From NCBI GenBank assembly GCA_035634075.1, contig DASQDS010000794.1, positions 6,717-70,716 of the forward strand: a DNA stretch of 64,000 nucleotides, written 5' to 3'. Below are positions 47,448 to 57,252 of the stretch, in pieces. The notes below the pieces were generated by a model, which did not search any database, had not been told where the DNA came from, and saw only the letters and a list, made by a program, of their open reading frames with translations. A program made the translations under genes and the position numbers. Positions within the stretch are counted from its first letter, which is position 1; each line of letters opens with the position of its first letter. This stretch comes from Pilimelia sp. (lineage in GTDB: Bacteria > Actinomycetota > Actinomycetes > Mycobacteriales > Micromonosporaceae).

Positions 47448-49048
47448 GCCCGCTGACCTCACTGCGGTTGGCCGCCGCCGGCAACCGCTCCGACACCGCA
47501 CGCATCGCGCTCACCGCGGCCGGGGCCATGCTCGGCACGGTGTCGTTACTTTCGGCGGCGACCGTGCTGTCGATCGTCACCCCGAAGGGGTTGCGCGTCT
47601 CGGACAGCGGCGCGCCGATGCTCGAGAACGCTTCCGGTGGTTACGTCGAGACCGACGCGTACACGCTGCCGTACACCAACGCACTGCTCAGCGAGGGCGG
47701 TCTGCGGCCCGGGGTCGCCGTCAGCCTGATCCTGCTGACGATCCCGGTGCTGGCGTTCGTGGCGCAGTGCAGCCGACTGGGCGCCCCGGCCCGCGACCGC
47801 CGCCTCGCGGCGATCCGGATGGCCGGGGGCACCCCGCGCCAGGTGATCTGGGTGGCGGCGGTCGAGAGCGGGCTGGCGGCCACGCTCGGCGTCGCGCTGG
47901 GCTTCGGCGTGTTCCTGCTCGGACGGCTCGTGATCGACAACCCCGACGCCAAGGGCACCCGGCCGTTGCCGACGGACGTGCTGCCGGGCGGGATCGCCAT
48001 GGCGCTGGTCGCCCTCGTCGTACCGCTGTTGGTGACCGTGCTGTCGGCCGGCGCGCTGCGCCGGGTGGCGGTCACCCCGCTCGGCGTGGTGCGCAGCACC
48101 CGCTCCAACCGGCCCGGTGTCACCCCCGGCGTACTGGTGATCCTGGGTATCGGCGCCTGCGCGATCATCGAGCCGGTCAACCAGTACTTCGCGCGCCACC
48201 AGACCCCACCGGACATCGCGCTCTCGGTGGTGACCGCGCTGGTTCTCATCGGGGTCCTCATGGTCAGTGTCGGCGTGGTCGTCGGCACCGGGTGGATCAC
48301 GTACCAGGCCGGTCGGCTGCTGCACCGCTTCGCCCGCCGGCCCGCCGGCCTGCTGGCCGGGCGGCGGATGATGGCGGATCCCTGGTCGGGCAGTCGGACG
48401 TTCACCGCGATGCTGGCGGCGCTGATCATCGGGGCGATCGCCGCCGGCATGCACGCCTGGACCGCGACGGACCTGCGCGCCAACGAGCTCGCCAACCGGC
48501 TCTCCGCCGAACAGCAGGGTCAGCCGTACTTCCCCCAGCACACCACCTTCTACGTCCGCGCGGACGAACTCATCGGGTACGCGGTGGTGGTCGGCGTGGT
48601 GATCGCGGCGGCCGGACTACTGGTGGCACTGGCCGACAGCATCGTCGCCCGCCGGCGCACCCTGTCTTCGCTGGTCGCCGCAGGGGCACCGCGCGGCGTA
48701 CTGGCCCGGGCCACCGCCTGGCAGGTGCTGGCGCCGGTTGTGCCGGCCATCCTGCTCGCCGTGTCGGCCGGTGTGCTGCTGCCCCGGCGGGTGTTCCGGG
48801 AGTCCACCTCCGCGCGGACCGGCTTCTGCGAGCCCCTGCCCGGCGATCCGGCGGACGCCTGCAACGACGCCGCCTACGTCGAACGCCACATGGTGTGGAC
48901 CCCGGAGGTCACCCTGCAGGTACCCGTACCGTGGGAGCAGCTCGCCCTGCTGGCCGGCGGGGCGCTGGCCGCCACCGTGGCGGTCACCGCCCTCGGCCTG
49001 CTGTTCCTGCGCACCAGCACGGCGGTCGGTGAGCTGCGCACGACCTGA
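47444..49048 (+). CDS. FtsX-like ABC transporter permease (534 aa, polytopic)
   Basis: Multiple TM helices, with the RLAAIRMAGGTPRQV and SLVAAGAPRGV motifs of duplicated FtsX-type permeases. The GTGA overlap points to translational coupling with the ATPase gene. Confidence 0.88.
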   Translation: MSPLTSLRLAAAGNRSDTARIALTAAGAMLGTVSLLSAATVLSIVTPKGLRVSDSGAPMLENASGGYVETDAYTLPYTNALLSEGGLRPGVAVSLILLTIPVLAFVAQCSRLGAPARDRRLAAIRMAGGTPRQVIWVAAVESGLAATLGVALGFGVFLLGRLVIDNPDAKGTRPLPTDVLPGGIAMALVALVVPLLVTVLSAGALRRVAVTPLGVVRSTRSNRPGVTPGVLVILGIGACAIIEPVNQYFARHQTPPDIALSVVTALVLIGVLMVSVGVVVGTGWITYQAGRLLHRFARRPAGLLAGRRMMADPWSGSRTFTAMLAALIIGAIAAGMHAWTATDLRANELANRLSAEQQGQPYFPQHTTFYVRADELIGYAVVVGVVIAAAGLLVALADSIVARRRTLSSLVAAGAPRGVLARATAWQVLAPVVPAILLAVSAGVLLPRRVFRESTSARTGFCEPLPGDPADACNDAAYVERHMVWTPEVTLQVPVPWEQLALLAGGALAATVAVTALGLLFLRTSTAVGELRTT

Positions 49049-49104
49049 CGCCGTCCCCGCGCCCGCCACCCGCCGCCGTGCGTCGGCGCCGGGCAGTTCC
49101 CTGC

Positions 49105-49401
49105 TCAGAAGGGGGGCGCGTCCTGCCCCATCAACGCCAGCACGACGCCGCCCTTCCCGCTCTTGAGGCTCTGGACCACGACCTTGCCGGTGCTGCCGTC
49201 AGGCAGCTCCAACGTGAAGGTCTTCCCAACCGCGTTCTTGGGGCCATTGCCGGCGCTGTTGGCAGGTCGGAAGTCGCCCGCCCACGGCGGGGTGCCACCC
49301 TTGCGGGCGGGCTCGGCGAAGAGTGCGGCGGTGCCGGGGGTCCTGGTGCCGTCCGCGGATAGAAGCACTGAGGCGCTGCGATAGGTAGCCATATCCGGCA
49401 A
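49105..49401 (-). CDS. Small hypothetical protein (98 aa)
   Basis: ORF with good GC3. I recognise no family. Confidence 0.6.
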   Translation of the reverse strand: MPDMATYRSASVLLSADGTRTPGTAALFAEPARKGGTPPWAGDFRPANSAGNGPKNAVGKTFTLELPDGSTGKVVVQSLKSGKGGVVLALMGQDAPPF

Positions 49402-49694
49402 GGCTATCCCGGATTGCGCTCGTTCGCGTCACGACCCTTGGGCTGGCGGACCGTTCGTGCCGGCCACCGCGCGACAGGCCGTCGTCGCCGGGCACGGCGA
49501 CCCGACGTTTTCCTGGCCGGTCTTCCGGCGCCTCCTCGCCGCCATTTCCGCCACCGGCCACATCGTCGAGTGCGCCAAGGCCTCGGCGACCATCCGCACC
49601 GGCCGCTGACGCAGTTCGTCCTCTGGCCAGCAGAGAGGACCCGGCCCCGCCGTTTGCCGGTTGTCCCAGGTTTTCTGGCTGACAGGATGTACCG

Positions 49695-50732
49695 GTGCGC
49701 GCCGTGGTCCTTGACGCCGTTCGAGCTGTGCCCGAGGTTCGTGAGGTCGCCGAGCCCCCGGTCCCGGTCGACGGGGTGGTGGTGCGGGTGATGGCCACCG
49801 GCATGTGCCGCAGCGATTGGCACGCCTGGGCGGGACACGACGAGATCGTCTTTCCGCACGTGCCAGGCCATGAGCTTGCCGGTGTGGTGGTCGCGGTGGG
49901 TGCCGAGGTCGGTCGGTGGAAGGTCGGCGACCGGGTGACCGTCCCGTTCGCCTGCGGCTGCGGTCGGTGCGGATGGTGCCGGGCCGGGAACGCCCACGTC
50001 TGTCCGGACCAGCACCAGCCCGGCTTCACACACTGGGGCTCGTTCGCCGAATTCGTCGCCCTGCACGCGGCGGACGCCAATCTGGTAGCCGTTCCCGAGG
50101 AGGTCCACGTCGCGGCCGCGGCAAGCCTCGGATGCCGGTTCGCCACGGCGTACCGCGGCATGGTCGGCCGCGCCCGGGTCACCGAGGGCGAGTGGGTGAC
50201 CGTGGTCGGCGCGGGCGGCGTGGGGCTCAGCACGGTCATGATCGCCCGGGCACTGGGTGCCCGCGTGGTCGCGGTGGACCGGAACCCGCAGGCCCTCGCC
50301 GCGGCCTCCGCGCTCGGCGCGGAGCACACCGTGCGCGCCGATGGCACCGACATCCCGGCCGCTGTCGCCGACCTCACCGACGGCGGCAGCCACGTCGCCG
50401 TCGATGCGGTCGGCAGCGAGCAGGCCTGCGCTGATGCGATCCTCAGCCTCCGCCGTCGGGGTCGCCACATCCAGATTGGGCTGCTGCCGCCGGTCGGTGG
50501 ACATCCGCGGGTGCCGATGGCACGGGTCATCGGATGGGAACTCGACCTGCTGGGCAGTCACGGGATGGCAGCGGTCGACTATCCCGGCATGATGGCGCTG
50601 ATCGCACAGGGTGCGCTGCAACCCCAGCGGTTGATCGAACGCACGATCGGACTCGCCGAGGCAGCGGCGCTGCTGCCCCGCTTCGACCGCGCCACCGTCG
50701 CCGGCATGACCATGGTCGACCCCGCCCGTTGA
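49695..50732 (+). CDS. Zinc-dependent alcohol dehydrogenase (MDR family)
   Basis: GMCRSDWH and GHELAG (catalytic Zn). CGRCGWCRAG (structural Zn). GAGGVGL (Rossmann). Confidence 0.92.
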   Translation: MRAVVLDAVRAVPEVREVAEPPVPVDGVVVRVMATGMCRSDWHAWAGHDEIVFPHVPGHELAGVVVAVGAEVGRWKVGDRVTVPFACGCGRCGWCRAGNAHVCPDQHQPGFTHWGSFAEFVALHAADANLVAVPEEVHVAAAASLGCRFATAYRGMVGRARVTEGEWVTVVGAGGVGLSTVMIARALGARVVAVDRNPQALAAASALGAEHTVRADGTDIPAAVADLTDGGSHVAVDAVGSEQACADAILSLRRRGRHIQIGLLPPVGGHPRVPMARVIGWELDLLGSHGMAAVDYPGMMALIAQGALQPQRLIERTIGLAEAAALLPRFDRATVAGMTMVDPAR

Positions 50733-50866
50733 CGGCTCCCGACGCGCCGCGCGGCGCCCAGCCACCGGCGAGGCAGGCCACGCAACTATCCGAACGCACT
50801 GCCGGGGATCCGGTACAACGCAGAGCGTACGACGCGGCCAACCTCGTTGTATCGCCGTTCGATCGG

Positions 50867-51958
50867 CTACCGGTGCAGTGTCCTGCTGAGGTCATCAGCA
50901 GGATAGGGCGTCCTCTTACTGAGCTTTTGGAGCTTGCCATAAAAGTCCATCATGATCGCCGCGACCGGTGCGGAGCGCGCGATGATGCGAGCGGCTGATT
51001 CGGGAAGGTCGATAGGTCGGTCGCTTCGCGCATACTCGCGGATGTAGTCGGGGCAGTCCGACCAGGGGATCCGGAGCAGATTGCTGATCAGCCATTGTGC
51101 CAGGTGGGTAACGGTATAGCAACGGTCGTAGCTGCCGTGCCGACGCAAGAAGGCGGATTCGTCGGCGTGGAGGTCGAATCCGGAATGAATCGCCAGACCG
51201 AAATCGGCGAAGTAGACGCGATGCCCGTCCGTCAGCAGGTTGTGGAAGTGCGCGTCGAAGTGCAGGAGTCCCCGTGATCCCATGAATTCCACGCCGCGGC
51301 GCAGGCTCCGATCCACCAACCTATAAGCCGACTCAGCCACCTGGCCACCCTCGGCTGTCTGCGCACTCAACCAAGAGTCCACGGTGTACGGGATGTGCTC
51401 CATGAACAGGACCACAGCGGCCGAGGCCCTACCGATGGCCTCCAGCCGGGCCCGCACTGACGGGGAGCCCTCCCAATAAGTGACCCATCGGTCCAGCTCG
51501 GGTTCGTCTATCGGCTGCGGGACCTGCGGCAGCACGCGGTGGTGGTACAAGATCGGAAAGCCGTGAAAAAGCTCATCCAGTACCCACCGGGTAGTCATGA
51601 CATGTACGTCGACTTCCCGCCGAGCGCCGAACCCGGCCGAGCCGATGCCGTAGTGGTAGAACATGGGCAGCTGGAAAAGGTTCGCGGTGGAATCGGCATG
51701 CTCCGCGCGCAGCTCTAGATCGGTCAGTGGCACCTTCTTCACAAACACCGGTACGCCTTCGACGACGAGCTTCCCGGTGGTCCCGCCGACTCCGACGACG
51801 CTCCCGGTGGTCCCCTCGAGCAAGGATTCGAGCTGATCGTCCCGGAGGTTGCGGAGGCGCTCGGAAAGGACGCGATAACGCGCCGAACGTTCGGTCCAGT
51901 CGTGTGCTTGATGGAGGCGGGACGCATGGACGCGTTCGTCACCAACATTCCCCGGCAT
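50867..51958 (-). CDS. Protein-kinase-like / aminoglycoside-phosphotransferase-like fold protein (363 aa)
   Basis: The catalytic-loop-like HFDAHFHNLL and the Mg-binding FADFG motif are present. VFVKKVP is a candidate ATP-binding Lys strand. The gene is visibly more A/T-rich than its neighbours. The ATG at 51958 is preferred over the ORF-track start. Confidence 0.8.
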   Translation of the reverse strand: MPGNVGDERVHASRLHQAHDWTERSARYRVLSERLRNLRDDQLESLLEGTTGSVVGVGGTTGKLVVEGVPVFVKKVPLTDLELRAEHADSTANLFQLPMFYHYGIGSAGFGARREVDVHVMTTRWVLDELFHGFPILYHHRVLPQVPQPIDEPELDRWVTYWEGSPSVRARLEAIGRASAAVVLFMEHIPYTVDSWLSAQTAEGGQVAESAYRLVDRSLRRGVEFMGSRGLLHFDAHFHNLLTDGHRVYFADFGLAIHSGFDLHADESAFLRRHGSYDRCYTVTHLAQWLISNLLRIPWSDCPDYIREYARSDRPIDLPESAARIIARSAPVAAIMMDFYGKLQKLSKRTPYPADDLSRTLHR

Positions 51959-52244
51959 GACGACACCCTGCCAGACAGGCGTCCGGGCCCCGTAGCCCGC
52001 CGCCCTGCGCCGAGTCCTCGGCCTGCCCCTGCCGCTCACCGGCCAGCACCCCGCGAGCCGGTATCGCCCGTCCCGACCGGCCGCCACACGTCCGTGCCCG
52101 AGCCGGCCTCGTCCAGACCTCGGGCGGACATCTCCCGGGCTGAGTGCCGGGTCGAGTGGTCAGGCGGCGTGGTCACCAGCCGCGGCGTGCCAGGATCCGT
52201 GAGCTGTCACCTCGGCAGATCGAGCGTTCGTACGGGAGGCCACA

Positions 52245-52568
52245 GTGGTTGACGAAGCGCAGCTGCAGATCTACGAGTTCACTCATCTGTCGTTCGGGTC
52301 GCTGACCTGCACGGTGCGATGTCTGGCCGGCGTCGTCCGGGTCGGTGAGTCGGTGCAGTTGGTCTCGCCTGCCGCGGACGGGCCGATCGCCGACGGGCTG
52401 GCCATCTCCGGCATCTGGCGCCACGTGGACATGCCCTTCATCGACGGCGGCATGACGGCACGCATCACCGTCACCGGTGCGATCGACGTGGCGGCGATCC
52501 GGGCCGCAGCGGCCGGGGTGGCCCCTGCCGAGTTGTACCGGCTGGACTGGCGCCTCGTCGCACGGTGA
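52245..52568 (+). CDS. Small hypothetical protein (107 aa)
   Basis: The GTG lies 5 nt after GGGAGG. The sequence is beta-rich (GSLTCTVRCLAGVVRVGESVQLVS), reminiscent of translation-factor domain-II-like barrels. Confidence 0.55.
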   Translation: MVDEAQLQIYEFTHLSFGSLTCTVRCLAGVVRVGESVQLVSPAADGPIADGLAISGIWRHVDMPFIDGGMTARITVTGAIDVAAIRAAAAGVAPAELYRLDWRLVAR

Positions 52569-52763
52569 CCGGCGGACGAACCAGCCCGACTGTGGTGGCA
52601 GTACCGGCCGGCTCCTCCCCCAGGAACCGGGGATCGCACCGGCGGTCCAGTGCTTCCAGGTTGCTCGGCCTTGCCGGTGCCAGTCCTTGGCGCGAGCTGG
52701 TCGGCCGGGCCTATAGGCTGCGGTGGTCGACATAGCCGCCACGTATTGAGGGGAAGTGTCATC

Positions 52764-53177
52764 TTGGCCACGGTCTGTGTCGAAGCCACCGTCAACGCGC
52801 CGGCGCAACGGGTGTGGGACGCCGTCGCGGATGTTGGCGCGGTACACCGGCGACTGTTGCCGGGCCGAGTGGCCGACGCGCGGATCGAGGGCGACGTCCG
52901 CATTCTGACCATGCCGGACGGGGCGCAGGTGCGCGAACTCATCCTGGCGATCGACTCCACGATCCGCAGGATGGCGTACACGGTGACGGAGGGGCATCGG
53001 CTGCCGCTGACCTATCACCACGCGGCGTTCCAGGTGGTCGACGAGGGCGCTCGCTGCCGGCTCGTCTGGCTGACCGACGTCCTGCCGCACGCCATGGCCG
53101 ATGCGGTGAGGGGCCGGGTGGAGCGGGGAATCGCGGAGATGAAGCAGGTCCTGGAGGACAACGAACCCTCCCGGTAG
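52764..53177 (+). CDS. SRPBCC (START/polyketide-cyclase-like) family protein
   Basis: The TTG at 52764 follows GAGGGGA. VEATVNAPAQRVWDAVADVG...YHHAAFQVVDEGARCRLVW is the typical SRPBCC pattern. Confidence 0.8.
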   Translation: MATVCVEATVNAPAQRVWDAVADVGAVHRRLLPGRVADARIEGDVRILTMPDGAQVRELILAIDSTIRRMAYTVTEGHRLPLTYHHAAFQVVDEGARCRLVWLTDVLPHAMADAVRGRVERGIAEMKQVLEDNEPSR

Positions 53178-53306
53178 ACGCACTTTTCCATGTACGGGAA
53201 CTGCTGCGCGGACCGACACTGCGCCCTGACTGATCGGTCGGGGACCGTGCCGTTCGCACCGCCATCAGGGGCAGTACGGCAACGACTCCCCCGCTCGCCC
53301 TTCGGT

Positions 53307-54140
53307 TCAACCGACACCCCCACCGGGGCGGGCGGGCTGCGACGGTGGGGAGGCCAGGTGCCGGTAGCCGGCCGGTGCGGCGAGGTCCAGCAGGGCCAGG
53401 GTGGCGGCAGTGCGAGGCAGCCAGCGGTACGTGACGGCCGAGGTGCCAACGGCGAGCCGGTGCGGCAGGTACGTGGCGGTATCCACCCACAGCGTCATCT
53501 CCCCTCGGGGCAGACCGCTGACCACCAGCCGCATCGTTTCCCGCCCGTCGACCACCTCGGGTCCCGCTTCCCGCATGACGCCGGTCGCCAGCGCCTCCCG
53601 GATCTGCGCGGCGTCCCAGACGGCGTCGTTGCGATCCACCGCCTCGGTGGACAGGCCCGGCGGCGGATCCAGCCGATACGTCCACCAGGACCGCCTTCGG
53701 TGGTCGACCACGGTGACCGTGGGGCGCGCCGACGGCCGTCCGCTGGTGGCAATCTCGGTCCGCGCTCCACCGGCCGTGTAGGTGGCCCGGTCCCTGCCGG
53801 TCACCGGGTCGTACAGGATCTCCATGCCCTTGCCGGTCGAGCGGACCACGTGGTCCTGCGCCCGGGCCAAGGCGGCGACCGTCTGCTGCGACACAGGGAC
53901 GAGCGGTTGGGGGGCCGGCAGCGTCGCCTCCAGCACGGGCCGCCCGGTGTCCGAGACGGCCGCTATCCCCACGGCCGCGCCGGTGACCAGCAGGACGGCG
54001 AGCGTCCCCCGGACCGCGACCGCACGGAACAGGTGCCGGCGGCGTACGCTCCGCAGCAGGCTGGGCGAGGGGTTCAGCTCGGCCGTCTCGGCGTGCAGCC
54101 GCTCGCTGATGTGACTGGTGAACTCGTCATCGCTACGCAT
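53307..54140 (-). CDS. Membrane-anchored protein downstream of the ECF sigma gene (putative anti-sigma / LolA-fold-like extracytoplasmic domain)
   Basis: A short cytoplasmic N-terminus is followed by a single TM (GTLAVLLVTGAAVGIAAV) and an extracytoplasmic domain of about 200 aa. The position directly after the sigma factor gene is typical of such partners. Confidence 0.7.
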   Translation of the reverse strand: MRSDDEFTSHISERLHAETAELNPSPSLLRSVRRRHLFRAVAVRGTLAVLLVTGAAVGIAAVSDTGRPVLEATLPAPQPLVPVSQQTVAALARAQDHVVRSTGKGMEILYDPVTGRDRATYTAGGARTEIATSGRPSARPTVTVVDHRRRSWWTYRLDPPPGLSTEAVDRNDAVWDAAQIREALATGVMREAGPEVVDGRETMRLVVSGLPRGEMTLWVDTATYLPHRLAVGTSAVTYRWLPRTAATLALLDLAAPAGYRHLASPPSQPARPGGGVG

Positions 54141-54640
54141 GGTTCCTCCTCGGTGTAAACCTCTCCCAGCAGCTCACGCAGCCGGGCCAGCGCCTTGGCG
54201 GTGGTGGACTTGACCGTGCCGACCGAACAGCCGAGCAGGTCGGCGGCGTCGGCCACGGAGAGATCGGCGTAGAAGCGCAGCACCACCACTTGGCGCTGGC
54301 GCACCGGCAACAGGGTCAACGCCTGCGACAGCATCACGCGGTCGCCCATGCCCGCGGCGGACAGGTCCGGCGGGTGCGCCGCGTCACCGTCGGGCAGCGG
54401 GAACTCCGCCGGGCGGCGGCGCAGCGAACGGCGCCGGTCCAGCGCCAGGTTCAGCAGCACCTTCCGGGCGTACGCGTCGGGGGCGTTGCGTACCCGACGC
54501 CAGTGCCGCAGAGTGCGCAGCAACGCGGACTGCACCAGGTCCTCCGCGTGGCCCCGGTCGTACGTGAGCAGGTACGCCATGCGCACCAGGCCCGCCGAGC
54601 GCGACTGGACGAACGCGTCGAAATCTCGGTCAACTCCCAC
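54074..54640 (-). CDS. ECF (SigE-family) RNA polymerase sigma factor
   Basis: The GTG at 54640 gives VGVDRDFDAFVQSRSAGLVRMAYLLTYDRGHAEDLVQSALL (region 2). Region 4 is ADLLGCSVGTVKSTTAKALARLRELL. Its 3' end overlaps the next gene by 67 nt. Confidence 0.9.
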   Translation of the reverse strand: MGVDRDFDAFVQSRSAGLVRMAYLLTYDRGHAEDLVQSALLRTLRHWRRVRNAPDAYARKVLLNLALDRRRSLRRRPAEFPLPDGDAAHPPDLSAAGMGDRVMLSQALTLLPVRQRQVVVLRFYADLSVADAADLLGCSVGTVKSTTAKALARLRELLGEVYTEEEPCVAMTSSPVTSASGCTPRRPS

Positions 54641-55125
54641 GCACCAATAGCACTCCGAGCAGGCCGGCCCGGTTGCCCCGGGGCCGCAACCATTTTTGCT
54701 GGCTCCCGGCTGTGGTTGCGCCGCAGAACCAGTCGCCAGCACGGCAGTTCATGATTCTCGCGTACGAGCGGGCGGTGCCGGACAGCGCGGCGGCGGTCGC
54801 GCCTACCCCCGTGCGGCCCGCAGGCGGCTGCCGCAGCAGATCGTCGCTGGCCGGCCATCGCGTTGTGGCGGCCATGATGCGCGGGCCGGCGGTTCCACGG
54901 CTTCCGCGAGGCGCCGCCACCGGTGACGAGGCGGCGGTGGGGCGGACCCCGCACCAGGAGCCCGGCAAGAGCCGATCGGAACAGCGCGCGAGGTTGATGA
55001 CTGTCCACAACGCCTCGGCGGTGATCCGCGTTCCATGCCAGCACCTGAGCCGGCTACGGCCTCCCGATGGTTCCACGCCGGGAAGAGTTCGAAGCGGCGA
55101 TGACCTCGGCCGGCGGAGGCCAACC

Positions 55126-55596
55126 CTAGCCGAGCAAGCCCCTCGCGCTGGCCTTGGCGACCGCGGACCGCAGCGACCTCTTGTACATGTCCGCGATGGC
55201 CGCGTCTGTCGCCGCACCCTGACCACCGTTGTACGCGAGCGAGTCGATCTGGCCCCGCCGTACCGCGTCGACCGCCTGCCGATCCAGGCCGGCGATGGCG
55301 TCGTTGAACATGTTCCGGCCACTGTTCACGGTGCACGAGGTGGCGCCGCAGTTCAGGTAGGTACCCGCCACGGCAACCACGCGGCGGTGCCGCACCGTGA
55401 TCGTCACCTGGAACGTGTACTCGGGCACCGGCGACCCATCGACGACACTCAGGAACGGCGCCTTGTCGCCGGTGACCGTCGCGGCCCGCACCCTCACCGC
55501 AGTGGTGTTCTCCCCAGCGAACGCGTGCGGCCCGACCAGGCCAACGACCAGCAGTGCCGCGGCCGCGGTGACGGCGACCAGAACCTTCTTGTACAC
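55126..55596 (-). CDS. Secreted hypothetical protein (possible FMN_bind-like domain)
   Basis: The GTG at 55596 follows AGGAG. The signal peptide is VYKKVLVAVTAAAALLVVGLVGPHAFA. The mature part resembles FMN-binding domains only weakly. Confidence 0.65.
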   Translation of the reverse strand: MYKKVLVAVTAAAALLVVGLVGPHAFAGENTTAVRVRAATVTGDKAPFLSVVDGSPVPEYTFQVTITVRHRRVVAVAGTYLNCGATSCTVNSGRNMFNDAIAGLDRQAVDAVRRGQIDSLAYNGGQGAATDAAIADMYKRSLRSAVAKASARGLLG

Positions 55597-55840
55597 GTAA
55601 GCTCCTGGGATCGACGGTGGGTGTGATCGATGCCCGGAGCTTGCCATTGGTGATTGGCTTGCCCCTGCCCGATCGTGCCGACGACCGGGCAGTCTTTGCC
55701 TTCCCTCGCCGCCGAGGACCTCGGCGCCCGGCCAAGGCCCTGGCCGTCGTGACTGACCTGCTACGCCGAGTGGACATCGCCCTGCACACCGCGTAGGCCG
55801 CCAGAAGACGCGATCCGTATCGGGCCGTGCCGGAACGACG

Positions 55841-55881
55841 CCGCCCCCGGCGTCGACCATGAGGCTCGACGCCGGGGGCGG
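55841..55881 (-). terminator. Hairpin with a 16-bp perfect stem and 9-nt loop, about 85 nt downstream of the GH5 stop
   Basis: ccgcccccggcgtcga-ccatgaggc-tcgacgccgggggcgg. There is no obvious U-tract. Confidence 0.45.
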
Positions 55882-55964
55882 GCGCGTGGTACCGGGTACC
55901 GCGATCGGGCAAGACGACCGTTGGCCGGCCGGGCCTTACTGTTGCTGCGTGGTGCGGGTGCGCT

Positions 55965-57041
55965 CTACAGCCCCCAGCCATACCGGATGCGGTCGCGGCC
56001 GGAATTGTTGCGGACAGTCAGGTTGAGATTGGTGCCGCTGCCGCTGAGGGAGAACATCGAGTAGTAGTCGTAGTCGTTGTTCTGGTAGCGCTTGCCCCCG
56101 AGTGCCGGCCAGTAGGTGCCGCCCATCTGGTTATCGCGCATCACCTGGGTGAGGGCGCGGATGTGACGCACGAAGTTGTCGCTGCTGCTCGAGTTGGCGT
56201 AGTTGATGCCGGTGGACATCGGTGCGCCGAATTCGGTCACGACCGCGCGGGAGGCGCAGTTGCCGAGGCGGGTCAGAATGTGGCTCCGGTGTTGATCGAA
56301 CGTCATTGTGCTGTAGAAGAAGGCGTAGTGGTGGAAGGACAGCAAGGTCCTGCTGAAGCGGCTGTCGTTGCAGACGTCCCGGAGGTCCTGGCTGAGGCCG
56401 GTGCCGCCGATGAGCACCCGGGCGGGCGGCGCCGAGTAGTGGTAGGTGAGCCAGTTCGCCGCGACGTTGCGCCACTCGGTTGAGCTGTAGCCGTGCGGCT
56501 CGTTCATCGGCTCGAAGTAGACATTGGCGTTGGAGCCGTAGGTGTAGGTTACGTTGGACCACATCGCATTCCACGCGGTGAGATTCGTGACCCTGCCGCC
56601 GGAGGCGGCGCCATCCTCCCAATAGGCGAGGATGACCTTGAATCCGCGTGCGGTGGCCGCGTCGATGGCGCCCCGATAGGCGTTCCACCACGTCGTGCCG
56701 ACGGTGTGGGTGTTGATGGGCAGTCGGACGGTGTTGACCCCCATGGCTGCCATGTCGTCGTAGAGGGCATTGGCCTTGGCACGCACAGTCGCGTTGCTAT
56801 CGGACTGGCTCAAGCCGTGAAGGACGAGCGGACTCCTGCTGAAGTTGTCGCCCAGCACGGCCCAGTTCATGCCTCTGAACTGGTTGGTGGCCGCGCTGGC
56901 CGATGGCGAACCGGTGATGGCGGCGACCGGAATCAGCATCACCGCGGCCAGGGCGCCGAGGAGCATGCGACCGCGCGATCGTCGGCGGGACGCCGATCCC
57001 TCACCGTGTGTCTCGACGGATTTGCTGCGCTGTTGGTTCAT
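55965..57041 (-). CDS. Secreted glycoside hydrolase family 5 (cellulase-type) enzyme
   Basis: ATG at 57041. A signal peptide is present. The motifs are GVNTVRLPI, FEPMNEPHG (acid/base) and VVTEFG (nucleophile). The gene is visibly lower in GC than its neighbours. Confidence 0.9.
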   Translation of the reverse strand: MNQQRSKSVETHGEGSASRRRSRGRMLLGALAAVMLIPVAAITGSPSASAATNQFRGMNWAVLGDNFSRSPLVLHGLSQSDSNATVRAKANALYDDMAAMGVNTVRLPINTHTVGTTWWNAYRGAIDAATARGFKVILAYWEDGAASGGRVTNLTAWNAMWSNVTYTYGSNANVYFEPMNEPHGYSSTEWRNVAANWLTYHYSAPPARVLIGGTGLSQDLRDVCNDSRFSRTLLSFHHYAFFYSTMTFDQHRSHILTRLGNCASRAVVTEFGAPMSTGINYANSSSSDNFVRHIRALTQVMRDNQMGGTYWPALGGKRYQNNDYDYYSMFSLSGSGTNLNLTVRNNSGRDRIRYGWGL

Positions 57042-57252
57042 CAAGCTTCGTCCCTTCTCGGACGTTGAGATGAAAGGGGGTGGGTGGACCACCGCGGCAT
57101 CTGTCTTGGCAAGGACTGACCACGCCGGTTGGTGTTGGCGAAGCCGGGGGGTGGCGACCGGTCGCAGGCACGCCGATCACATGAATTGCCACGGTGACCC
57201 CGCGAACGAGGAAAGGGATCCGCTCTTGCGTGCCGCGAAATACCGAAGAGGT

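Noticed and set aside
46906-49032. 708-aa alternative plus frame across the ABC ATPase and FtsX permease genes
   Set aside because: It is an off-frame artefact (Arg/Pro/Gly-rich). The annotated frames show Walker motifs and TM helices.
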